32,000 nt of DNA from Acaryochloris thomasi RCC1774 (lineage in GTDB: Bacteria; Cyanobacteriota; Cyanobacteriia; Thermosynechococcales; Thermosynechococcaceae): assembly GCF_003231495.1 (NCBI RefSeq), contig NZ_PQWO01000005.1, forward strand, positions 150,001 through 182,000. Direction: 5' to 3'. Of this stretch, positions 24,914 through 32,000 are shown piece by piece (the first letter of the stretch is position 1; every line of letters starts with the position of its first letter). Below the pieces are notes generated by a model. The model ran no database searches, was not told where the DNA came from, and saw only the letters and a program-made list of their open reading frames with translations. A program made the translations under genes and the position numbers.

Positions 24914-27310
24914 ATGAAGACATCGGCTTTGCAGCGGCCTGCTGCTGAATCTGCCACCTCGGTTCTCAACGTGGACGGAATGAAATGTGCAGGCTGTGTG
25001 CAGGCGGTTGAAAATCGTCTACAGCAGCAGCCTGGTGTTTGTTCCAGCGTGGTTAATTTGGTTACCAAGCAGGCCACCGTTGAATATCAGCCGCACCTCG
25101 CCCAGCCTGATGGACTGGCGACGGTGCTAACAGAGGCCGGTTTCCCGAGCCAGGTGACAGCGAGTACTGATGAGCGGCGGGACGACGAGAAGCGGCGTCA
25201 GGTTTGGGTGCAGCAGCTCCAGCGTTTGGTGACGGCGGTGGTCTTGGTCATTCTGTCGGGTATTGGGCATCTGGGTCACTTCGGCTTGGCGATTCCAGGG
25301 TTGACGAGTATGGGGTTCCACTGGGTGCTGGCCACTTTGGCGCTGGCCGGTCCGGGCCGCGAGATTCTCTGGGATGGTTGGCAGGGCTTCCGACGCTGGA
25401 CGCCGACGATGAATAGTCTGGTGGGCTTGGGGACCGTAACTGCCTATGGCGCAAGCGTCGTGGCGCTGCTGTGGCCGTCTCTGCAGTGGGACTGCTTTTT
25501 TGATGCGCCGGTGATGGTGGTGGGCTTGATTTTGCTGGGGCAAACCCTAGAGGCCTACGCCAGAGGACAGGCAACGGCGGCCCTTGAAGCTTTGCTGGCG
25601 CTGCGTCCGACCCAGGCCTATCTACTGCCGCAGGCGGATGCGCCGACGGATCAGGCGGTGGAAACCCCTGTGGATCAGGTGGCCGTGGGTGCCTATTTGC
25701 GGGTGCTGCCGGGGGATCAGGTTCCGGTGGATGGGGAGCTAGTGGCGGGGCAAACGCTGGTGGATCAGTCGATGCTGACGGGAGAGTCTTTACCGGCTGT
25801 GAAGGCTGTGGGAGATGAGTTGGTGGCGGGCACGCTCAACCAGTCAGGAACGATCACGATGGTGGTGACGCGTACGGGTGCCAGTACGACGCTGGCTCAA
25901 ATTATTAATCTTGTGGAGACGGCGCAAACCCGCAAAGCGCCGGTCCAGCGATTGGCCGATCAGGTGGCGGGCTATTTCACCTACGGGGTAATGGCGATCG
26001 CAACTCTAACGCTGCTTTTCTGGGCCACATTAGGCACCCATCTTTGGCCGGATTTAGTCGCCTACCATGCAGTACCGATGATGCATGGAATGGCACACGA
26101 TGTTGGTTCTAACCACGGACTGCTATTGAGCTTGAAGCTTGCGATCGCAGTTTTAGTTGTTGCCTGTCCCTGTGCCCTCGGTTTAGCCACCCCCACCGCA
26201 ATTCTGGTGGGCACCAGTCTTGGGGCCGAGCAAGGTCTCTTGATTCGAGGCGGAGACGTACTGGAGCAGGTCCACCGCGTCGATACCGTTGTTTTCGATA
26301 AGACCGGGACGCTGACGACAGGTCAGCCCGTTGTCACTGACGATTGGCTATCTGAAGCGGCAACGCTGGGCCGTGAGCGCTTCTGGCAAATTGCGGCGGC
26401 AGCAGAAACGGACACCCGACATCCGCTAGCCACTGCGATTTTAGGGCGCTCGCAGTCCCTGCAGATCTCCCCCTTGCAGGCAGAAGAAAGCCAAACGATT
26501 CCGGGCTGTGGCCTATCGGCTCGGGTACAGGGTGAGCCAGTCTTGCTGGGCAGTCAGCGCTGGTTGTGTCAGCAGGGTATTGAGGTGCCCCTCTCAGACC
26601 GGCAAAGAGCACAGCAGCTATCGGCTCAGGGTAATAGCGTCATTTATTTAGCAGTTTCGGGATGCTTTCAAGGTGCGATCGCAATTAAAGATCCCCTAAA
26701 ACCTGAGGCAGCAGACACCGTGAAGCAGCTTAAGACAATGGGGCTGCAGGTCCAGATGTTAACGGGTGATCAGCAAGACACTGCCATCGCAGTGGCCCAA
26801 TCTCTCGATCTTGATGCTGATGCAGTTCAGGCCCAGGTTTTACCGGGAGAGAAAGCAGATGCGATCGCAACCCTCCAGTCTCAAGGCCAGCGCGTCGCAA
26901 TGGTGGGGGACGGCATCAATGATGCTCCTGCCTTAGCCCAGGCCGATGTAGGCATTGCCCTTAGCTCAGGCACCGATGTGGCCGTAGAAACAGCCGATAT
27001 TGTCCTGATGCAGAAAGCGGGCCAAGCCTCTCAGCTTTCGGACGTGGTGTCTGCGATTCGCCTTAGCCGCGCCACCTTTCGCAAAATTCAGCAAAATCTC
27101 TTTTGGGCCTTTGGCTATAACATCGTTGGTATTCCTCTAGCCGCAGGCTTTTTGCTGCCCACCTTTGGTATTCTGCTTAGCCCTGCAGCCGCCGCCGCGA
27201 TGATGGCCTTCAGCTCTGTGGGTGTGGTGACCAATTCGTTGCTTTTACGGTGGTCAATGGCTAGCCGAGCGCAGTATCCAAACACATCATCACCACAAAC
27301 CCCAGCATGA
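24914..27310 (+). CDS. Copper-type P1B heavy-metal translocating ATPase (CtaA/PacS/CopA-like)
   Basis: N-terminal HMA domain GMKCAGC, TGES, the membrane CPC motif (VACPCALGLATP), DKTGTLT, an HP motif (TRHPLA) and GDGINDAP. Confidence 0.9.
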   Translation: MKTSALQRPAAESATSVLNVDGMKCAGCVQAVENRLQQQPGVCSSVVNLVTKQATVEYQPHLAQPDGLATVLTEAGFPSQVTASTDERRDDEKRRQVWVQQLQRLVTAVVLVILSGIGHLGHFGLAIPGLTSMGFHWVLATLALAGPGREILWDGWQGFRRWTPTMNSLVGLGTVTAYGASVVALLWPSLQWDCFFDAPVMVVGLILLGQTLEAYARGQATAALEALLALRPTQAYLLPQADAPTDQAVETPVDQVAVGAYLRVLPGDQVPVDGELVAGQTLVDQSMLTGESLPAVKAVGDELVAGTLNQSGTITMVVTRTGASTTLAQIINLVETAQTRKAPVQRLADQVAGYFTYGVMAIATLTLLFWATLGTHLWPDLVAYHAVPMMHGMAHDVGSNHGLLLSLKLAIAVLVVACPCALGLATPTAILVGTSLGAEQGLLIRGGDVLEQVHRVDTVVFDKTGTLTTGQPVVTDDWLSEAATLGRERFWQIAAAAETDTRHPLATAILGRSQSLQISPLQAEESQTIPGCGLSARVQGEPVLLGSQRWLCQQGIEVPLSDRQRAQQLSAQGNSVIYLAVSGCFQGAIAIKDPLKPEAADTVKQLKTMGLQVQMLTGDQQDTAIAVAQSLDLDADAVQAQVLPGEKADAIATLQSQGQRVAMVGDGINDAPALAQADVGIALSSGTDVAVETADIVLMQKAGQASQLSDVVSAIRLSRATFRKIQQNLFWAFGYNIVGIPLAAGFLLPTFGILLSPAAAAAMMAFSSVGVVTNSLLLRWSMASRAQYPNTSSPQTPA

Positions 27311-28085
27311 TCCCGAGGGTGCCCTCCTGCTCAAAGCCCTTGCGGTGGGTCTCAGGAATAATTTCATCGCTGATCACGAACAGCATTGCTCCAGCCGCAA
27401 AGGCCATCCCCCAGGGTAGAAGGGGCTGAGCTAAGCCAATGACGCTGGCTCCCACTGCGCCGCCAATCGGTTCCACTAAACCTGTTAACAAAGCGACCCC
27501 GAAGGCATAGAGGGCAGAATACTCAAGCGTCCTGAGCGCAAGAGCCACCACTAAACCCTCTGGCATATTTTGTAGACCGATTCCGGCGGTGAGAGCTAAA
27601 CCACTGCTGCCTAAGCCACCGGACCCAACGCCCACCCCAACCGCTAGCCCTTCAGGAAAGTTGTGGATCGTAATTGCCATAATAAACAGCCACATCCGCT
27701 GCAGATTTTGCTTGACTGGACCCTCTTCACCTTTGAAGAAGTGTTCGTGGGGTAGGTAGCGATTAGCTATCCACAGAAACCCGCCGCCAATCAGAATGCC
27801 TGCGCCCATCAGCAGAGCGGCAGTGGCCTTTGAGTAACCCAAATCAATAGCCGCTTCAGTCCCTGGAACGATTAACGAGAATGCAGTAGCCGCTAGCATA
27901 ATACCGCCGCCGATCCCCAGTAGAACGCCCTGGACTCGTTCAGTGAGGTTGATGGGCAAAAAGACGGGTAAGGCCCCTACGGCTGTTCCGAGACCGGCGA
28001 TCAGGCTGGCTGTAAATGCGATCGCAACCGTTGTCCCGCCTCCGGCAGCGGCAGACTGATCGAAGATCATCGCAACGGTACTCAT
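27261..28085 (-). CDS. ZIP-family (ZupT-like) divalent metal transporter
   Basis: HNFPEGLAVG signature, Gly-rich TM helices, and QNMPEGL in the second half. The 3' end overlaps the ATPase gene by 50 nt. Confidence 0.85.
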   Translation of the reverse strand: MSTVAMIFDQSAAAGGGTTVAIAFTASLIAGLGTAVGALPVFLPINLTERVQGVLLGIGGGIMLAATAFSLIVPGTEAAIDLGYSKATAALLMGAGILIGGGFLWIANRYLPHEHFFKGEEGPVKQNLQRMWLFIMAITIHNFPEGLAVGVGVGSGGLGSSGLALTAGIGLQNMPEGLVVALALRTLEYSALYAFGVALLTGLVEPIGGAVGASVIGLAQPLLPWGMAFAAGAMLFVISDEIIPETHRKGFEQEGTLGIMLGFVVMMCLDTALG

Positions 28086-28115
28086 AATTCAAATCACAAA
28101 CATCTCTTTAATCAT

Positions 28116-28134
28116 ACTCATAACGATTATGAGT
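28116..28134. promoter_or_regulatory. Fur-family (Zur/Fur)-like box upstream of the ZIP gene
   Basis: Perfect 8-3-8 palindrome ACTCATAA-CGA-TTATGAGT. The inner TCATAAC-G-ATTATGA matches 11 of 14 arm positions of the 7-1-7 Fur-box form TGATAAT-n-ATTATCA. Lies 31 nt upstream of the ATG at 28085. Confidence 0.45.
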
Positions 28135-28175
28135 TGCAATATGGTGATGCAGTCGGGCTTTGTTCTTGCGGATCC

Positions 28176-28724
28176 CTATGGTTTAGACCACTTGTGAGCT
28201 TGAAACTCTTTATCTAAAGGAGTTTCGGCAATGTGGTTCGTATAGTTGTGAATCGTTTTAACAGCAATTCCGACGATGACTTCTAGAATCTGCTGTTTTG
28301 TATACCCTGCAGCGAGGAAATCACTAATTTCTTGCTCCTGAAGCCAGCCCCGCGCTTCAATCATGCGTTGAGTGAACAGACGTAGCGCCTGCAGCTTTTG
28401 ATCTGATAGTGGCTGACCGATACGGAGAGCTTCGATATGCTCTGCAGGCATACCGATCATTTTTGCTAAGCCTGAGTGGGCTGCTACGCAGTAACTACAG
28501 CCATTTTCGTAATTCGCGGTTAGGTAAATAACCTGCTGCTCAATCGTTGAGAAGCTGCTGGCCTCGAACAAATCCCAAAGTGCCATCCCGCTCTGCAACG
28601 CTGTTGGAGACTCGGCCAGAATTCCTTCTAAGTTAGGAATAAATCCAAACGTCTCCTGAGCATGAACCAGGGGCTGCTTAGACGCTTCTGGAGCGGTTTC
28701 AATCGTGTGAATGGTAAATTCCAT
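28176..28724 (-). CDS. Carboxymuconolactone decarboxylase / AhpD-like family protein
   Basis: AhpD-type CxxC motif (NGCSYCVAAH) in a helical roughly 180-aa protein. ATG at 28724 preferred over TTG at 28736. Confidence 0.8.
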   Translation of the reverse strand: MEFTIHTIETAPEASKQPLVHAQETFGFIPNLEGILAESPTALQSGMALWDLFEASSFSTIEQQVIYLTANYENGCSYCVAAHSGLAKMIGMPAEHIEALRIGQPLSDQKLQALRLFTQRMIEARGWLQEQEISDFLAAGYTKQQILEVIVGIAVKTIHNYTNHIAETPLDKEFQAHKWSKP

Positions 28725-28745
28725 CGTAATTCTCAACTCAATAAG

Positions 28746-28763
28746 GTAGACAAGCCTGTCTAC
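28746..28763. promoter_or_regulatory. Candidate TetR operator 1
   Basis: Perfect 7-4-7 palindrome GTAGACA-AGCC-TGTCTAC, 22 nt upstream of the AhpD-like ATG. Confidence 0.5.
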
Positions 28764-28790
28764 CCAGAATAGTAGCTAATATATCCTTGC

Positions 28791-28808
28791 GGAGACAAGT
28801 CTGTCTAC
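28791..28808. promoter_or_regulatory. Candidate TetR operator 2
   Basis: GGAGACA-AGTC-TGTCTAC, one mismatch from operator 1. Lies 12 nt upstream of the TetR ATG at 28820. Centres are 45 bp apart. Confidence 0.5.
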
Positions 28809-28819
28809 TATGGAAGATC

Positions 28820-29386
28820 ATGCGTTCTGATTCGAGTGCTGCCCGTCAACAGATTTTGGAGACTGCGTCTGAATTGTTCTATCAAAAGGGCATTCAGTAC
28901 GTTGGGATCAATGAAGTCATCACGGCTTCTGGTGTTGCTAAAAGAACTCTCTATCGCTGGTTCTCTTCCAAGGACCAGCTGATTGAAGAGGTAATGAAGT
29001 ATCGGGCGACTCAGTGGCTGGCCTGGTTTGAAGATGCTGTTTCCAACGAAGGCAACACGGCCAAAGAGCGCTTGCTTGCGACCTTTGATGTTCTTCAAGA
29101 TTGGTATGCTGACCCTAAGTTCCGTGGCTGTCCCTTCATCAACGCTGTCTTGGAGATTGCCGATGCCGACCATCCTGCTCACCTGGTGTCGGTGAAGGTC
29201 AGAGAGGCGATTCGAACCTATGTCATGCAGCTAGCATCTGAAGCAGGTATGCAAAACCCTTCCTTCTTTTCACAGCAGTATTTGCTCCTGATTGGGGGAG
29301 CGAGCCTAATGGCCACCATCGAAGGTGACCCAAACGGGGCAAGCTTTGCCCGTGATGCTCTAGCGACCCTGATTGATGCTGGCTAA
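28820..29386 (+). CDS. TetR/AcrR-family transcriptional regulator
   Basis: N-terminal HTH (ARQQILETASELFYQKGIQYVGINEVITASGVAKRTLYRWFSSKDQLI). Divergent from the AhpD-like gene. ATG at 28820 with GGAAG upstream is preferred over TTG at 28787. Confidence 0.85.
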   Translation: MRSDSSAARQQILETASELFYQKGIQYVGINEVITASGVAKRTLYRWFSSKDQLIEEVMKYRATQWLAWFEDAVSNEGNTAKERLLATFDVLQDWYADPKFRGCPFINAVLEIADADHPAHLVSVKVREAIRTYVMQLASEAGMQNPSFFSQQYLLLIGGASLMATIEGDPNGASFARDALATLIDAG

Positions 29387-29404
29387 GCTGCTTAGATAAA
29401 GATT

Positions 29405-29422
29405 GGTACAATAAGTCGTACG
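29405..29422. promoter_or_regulatory. YefM-type operator (two GTAC cores, 12 bp centre to centre) overlapping a TACAAT -10 box
   Basis: GGTACAATAAGTCGTACG, with GTAC at 29406-29409 and 29418-29421 and TACAAT at 29407-29412. Ends 15 nt before the yefM ATG. Confidence 0.5.
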
Positions 29423-29436
29423 ATGGTGGAAGCGTT

Positions 29437-29700
29437 ATGGAAATTGTTAATGCTAGCGAGGCCCGAGCCAACTTGTTCGGTTTGGTAGAGCAGGTCAACA
29501 CTGACCATGTGCCACGCGTTATCACCAGTCGTAAAGGAGATGCGGTCCTGCTATCCAAGGCTGACTGGGAGAGTTTGCAAGAGACGCTTTATTTGCAGTC
29601 AGTCCCCGGTCTGGTTGATTCTGTTAGAGAGGCGGAGCAGGCTGATGATTGGGTTTCTGAAGCGGAATTTATGAAGGTACTCAATGGCCTGGACGATTGA
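29437..29700 (+). CDS. yefM: Phd/YefM-family antitoxin
   Basis: MEIVNASEARANLFGLVEQVNTDHVPRVITSRKGDAVLLSKADWESLQETLYL is a typical YefM N-terminal fold sequence. Overlaps the toxin gene by 17 nt. Confidence 0.85.
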   Translation: MEIVNASEARANLFGLVEQVNTDHVPRVITSRKGDAVLLSKADWESLQETLYLQSVPGLVDSVREAEQADDWVSEAEFMKVLNGLDD

Positions 29701-29941
29701 ATTTAGTCGTCGTGCTCTCAAAGATGCGAAAAAGCTCCGAGCTGCTGGATTGTCTGGCAATGCAGTTACGCTACTGGAGGCTCTAAAGCAAAATCCCTAT
29801 TCGCCGACCTATGAGAAGCTTTCCGGCAATCTAAAAGGCTACTACTCTCGACGCATCAACATCCAGCATCATCTTGTCTACTCGATTGATCAAGAGAATC
29901 AGGCGAGCAGAGTTGTCTCGCTTTGGTCTCATTACGAGTAG
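29684..29941 (+). CDS. yoeB: Txe/YoeB-family toxin (mRNA interferase)
   Basis: 85 aa with YEKLSGNLKGYYSRRINIQHHLVY and the C-terminal WSHYE characteristic of YoeB/Txe. Confidence 0.85.
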   Translation: MAWTIEFSRRALKDAKKLRAAGLSGNAVTLLEALKQNPYSPTYEKLSGNLKGYYSRRINIQHHLVYSIDQENQASRVVSLWSHYE

Positions 29942-29968
29942 AGGGGTATTGAAGGCTATACAGCAGCG

Positions 29969-31558
29969 CTATGCAACAAGCTGATCGGCCTGTTCTTCTT
30001 TCGCTTGCTGCTGCTTGAGGGCTGATTCTGCCTGTACATATTCAGCAAGCTGCTCTTCAATCTGGGATCGCACCAACTGCCGATACTCTAAGAAGTGCTC
30101 ACCCAGGGCGCAGATTGTCAGATAGAGCTGCCAATTTTTGGGCTTCAGCCGCATCATGTTGAATAGATAGGGCCAGAACTTCCAGCGGGTTTTACGCAGG
30201 ACGCCCTGTCGCCAGCAGATGGTAGCAATGGCTTTGATTGTCACTAGGTCGGGCTTGCGTGAGGCCGTCTTATGTCCTGGCTCGCCCAAGATTTTGAACT
30301 GACGGTAGACGCGGTCGAGATATTTTTCTGGATCGTAAAGTTCCCAGAAGGCGCGCACGTACTCATCGGCAATCGTTTCAACCGGGCGAGTGGGAATGAA
30401 GTTCATCAGCTTCGTCTGGTTGCCGGTGCCCTCGTCATCGATCAGCCGGTTCTCTTTGGCGAGCCGCAGGGATAGGGCCGTGTTGGGGAGCGCCTGCAGC
30501 ATACTGAACATCGCCAGACTAATAGAGGTCTCTTCAACAAACTGAATGATGCGATCGCCTGCTCCGGTTTTCTCGCCATCAAAGCCAATAATGAAGCCTG
30601 CCGTCACCCGCAACCCTCGGCTCATGATCGTGTGCACTGATTCTGAGAGCGGATCGCGATTGTTTTGAAACTTCTGCGTCAGAGCCAAGCTGCTGGCGTC
30701 AGGGGTCTCAATACCTAAGAAGACAGCATTAAAGTTACATTCCACCATCAGGTCAATGAAGTCAGTATCCTGGGCGAGATCCACTGAGGCTTCTGTGTTG
30801 AGGGTGAACGGATAGTTGTATTCAATCATCCATTCTTTGAGGGCGTTGAGCATCAACCGCACGTTGCGCTTGTTGCCAATAAAGTTGTCGTCCACCAGGA
30901 AGATACTGCGTCGCCAGCCCAGGTCGTAGAGGCACTGCAGTTCGGCGATTAGCTGCTCCGGCGTTTTCGTGCGCGGCTTGCGGCCGTAGAGCACAATAAT
31001 GTCGCAGAACTCACACTGAAACGGGCATCCGCGTGAGAACTGCACCGACATATTGTCGTAGGCGTCCATCTCCAGCAGGTCGAAGCGGGGGACGGGCGTG
31101 GTGGTCACGTCGGGTTTGACGTCTTCTGAGCGGATAATCCCGCTGGTTTCGCCCCGTTCGAGGGCTTCGACGAACAGCGGCAGCGTGATTTCGCCTTCGT
31201 CTAAGACTAGGAAATCTGCGCCAGTGGCCTCGGCTAATTTAGGGAGAGATGTGGCGTGGGGACCGCCAACGGCCACGATCTTTCCGCGCCGTTTCGCTTC
31301 TTTTATTTGGGCGGCAAAATCTTCTTGCTGCACAATCATGGCCGAGAGGATCACCAGCTCAGACCAATTCCATTCTTCTTCGGTGACCTCACGGACGTTG
31401 CGGTCCACCAGCTTGAATTCCCACTCTTGGGGCAGGATGGCCGCGACGGTGACTAGACCCAAGGGCGGCAGGAGTGCTTTGCGACCCACCAAGTTCAGGG
31501 CCTGGTCAAAGGACCAAAAACTTTGAGGGAATTCGGGGTAAACGAGTAAAACACGCAT
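29969..31558 (-). CDS. B12-binding-domain radical SAM protein (class B, DUF4070-type C-terminus)
   Basis: N-terminal cobalamin-binding Rossmann region (MRVLLVYPEFPQSFWSF...LPPLGLVTVAAILPQEWEFKLVDRNV), a radical SAM CxxxCxxC (FSRGCPFQCEFCDI), and a long helical C-terminal domain. Confidence 0.9.
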   Translation of the reverse strand: MRVLLVYPEFPQSFWSFDQALNLVGRKALLPPLGLVTVAAILPQEWEFKLVDRNVREVTEEEWNWSELVILSAMIVQQEDFAAQIKEAKRRGKIVAVGGPHATSLPKLAEATGADFLVLDEGEITLPLFVEALERGETSGIIRSEDVKPDVTTTPVPRFDLLEMDAYDNMSVQFSRGCPFQCEFCDIIVLYGRKPRTKTPEQLIAELQCLYDLGWRRSIFLVDDNFIGNKRNVRLMLNALKEWMIEYNYPFTLNTEASVDLAQDTDFIDLMVECNFNAVFLGIETPDASSLALTQKFQNNRDPLSESVHTIMSRGLRVTAGFIIGFDGEKTGAGDRIIQFVEETSISLAMFSMLQALPNTALSLRLAKENRLIDDEGTGNQTKLMNFIPTRPVETIADEYVRAFWELYDPEKYLDRVYRQFKILGEPGHKTASRKPDLVTIKAIATICWRQGVLRKTRWKFWPYLFNMMRLKPKNWQLYLTICALGEHFLEYRQLVRSQIEEQLAEYVQAESALKQQQAKEEQADQLVA

Positions 31559-31644
31559 GGCACGCCTATCTTAAGAAGTGTTGAGCTTGTCACCCAACAC
31601 TACCCCATATTCGCAAGATTGGTCTATTTTTATAGATCAAATCT

Positions 31645-32000
31645 TCAAGGTGTGCTGTCGTTTTGAATATCAAAGCCAACGTCAAGCGATTGCAGAATCT
31701 CGGTCATGCAGGTGGATGCAGCCGTTTGTTCTGCTGTCGATTGAACGATAAGCTGCATGTTTTGATTCAGTTGTTTTAAGGCTTGGCTGAGCTGTTCTAG
31801 GGCTGCTCTGGTTTGTGTTGCGGGTTGAGTGGTTGCGATCGCAACTTGTACCCCTTCTGCCAGAGCCGTGACCACAAGATTAGTTTTTTTCTGCATCGGC
31901 TGGACAATTTGCTCCACCGCCGTTCCGATTTTGGCCGTATGGTTGGCTAGCTGGCGCAGATCGTTCGCCACCGTCGTAAACTCTGCCCCACGGGTTCCCA
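31645..32000 (-). CDS. Methyl-accepting chemotaxis protein-like signalling domain, 3' part (5' end beyond the window)
   Basis: The frame stays open to the window edge upstream of the GTG at 31971. ...GTRGAEFTTVANDLRQLANHTAKIGTAVEQIV... and TAEQTAAS resemble the MCP cytoplasmic hairpin (RGFAVVAxEVRxLA / EEQ motifs), though diverged. Confidence 0.5.
   Translation of the reverse strand, partial: GTRGAEFTTVANDLRQLANHTAKIGTAVEQIVQPMQKKTNLVVTALAEGVQVAIATTQPATQTRAALEQLSQALKQLNQNMQLIVQSTAEQTAASTCMTEILQSLDVGFDIQNDSTP

Noticed and set aside
25127-25574. Several long antisense or alternative-frame ORFs (138, 108 and 70 aa) in the GC-rich 5' half of the ATPase gene, plus 26334-26612.
   Set aside because: High GC content suppresses stop codons. 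The sequences are Pro/Arg/Ser-rich, and the ATPase frame is certain.
28808-29558. Antisense ORFs 28808-29182 and 29223-29558 across TetR and yefM.
   Set aside because: They are shadows of well-supported genes on the plus strand.
30272-31526. Plus-strand ORFs (67, 142 and 66 aa) inside the B12 radical SAM gene.
   Set aside because: They are shadow ORFs with a Ser/Arg-rich composition.

Overview
The window looks like ordinary cyanobacterial chromosome. The 8-mer palindrome GCGATCGC (HIP1) occurs 24 times by my count, against about 0.5 expected by chance. I call about 31 protein-coding genes. By eye I found no rRNA, tRNA, CRISPR array, transposase, integrase or phage gene.

Gene content from left to right:
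- 339-6409 (+): a tightly packed string of GT2 glycosyltransferase, tandem histidine phosphatase, UDP-glucuronate-4-epimerase-like SDR, an OprB-type porin without an SLH domain, and a sensor kinase. It faces a convergent OmpR-type regulator and a receiver-only paralogue.
- 7915-11473: BT1 folate/biopterin transporter, CBS-like cysteine synthase, UPF0104 membrane protein.
- 11693-16927: four single-gene units on alternating strands (radical SAM with a twitch/SPASM-like domain, a His-rich hypothetical, a membrane-anchored Q/E/A-rich repeat protein, Nudix), followed on the plus strand by a CNNM transporter that appears truncated.
- 16944-23020 (-): a long minus-strand run of two overlapping small membrane genes, GH57, argH, a small membrane protein, an orphan sugar ABC permease and cyAbrB.
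- 23417-29386: PBP4, a Cu-type P1B ATPase, a ZIP transporter, and a divergent AhpD-like/TetR pair.
- 29437-32000: yefM-yoeB, a B12-binding radical SAM protein, and the 3' part of an MCP-like gene.

I did not find a convincing new multi-gene system such as a defence island or a RiPP cluster.

The most interesting points are:
1. The sugar/porin/kinase unit, with an identical palindromic 15-mer upstream of the operon and upstream of the receiver gene.
2. A Fur/Zur-like box in front of the ZIP gene.
3. Paired TetR operators.
4. A canonical GTAC-12-GTAC YefM operator next to a YoeB that carries an Arg-to-His change at a catalytic position.
5. A truncated CNNM gene with an out-of-frame relic.
6. A gene pair hidden inside one long ORF, preceded by a strong hairpin.

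All functional calls come from motif recognition by eye and need a database search to confirm.
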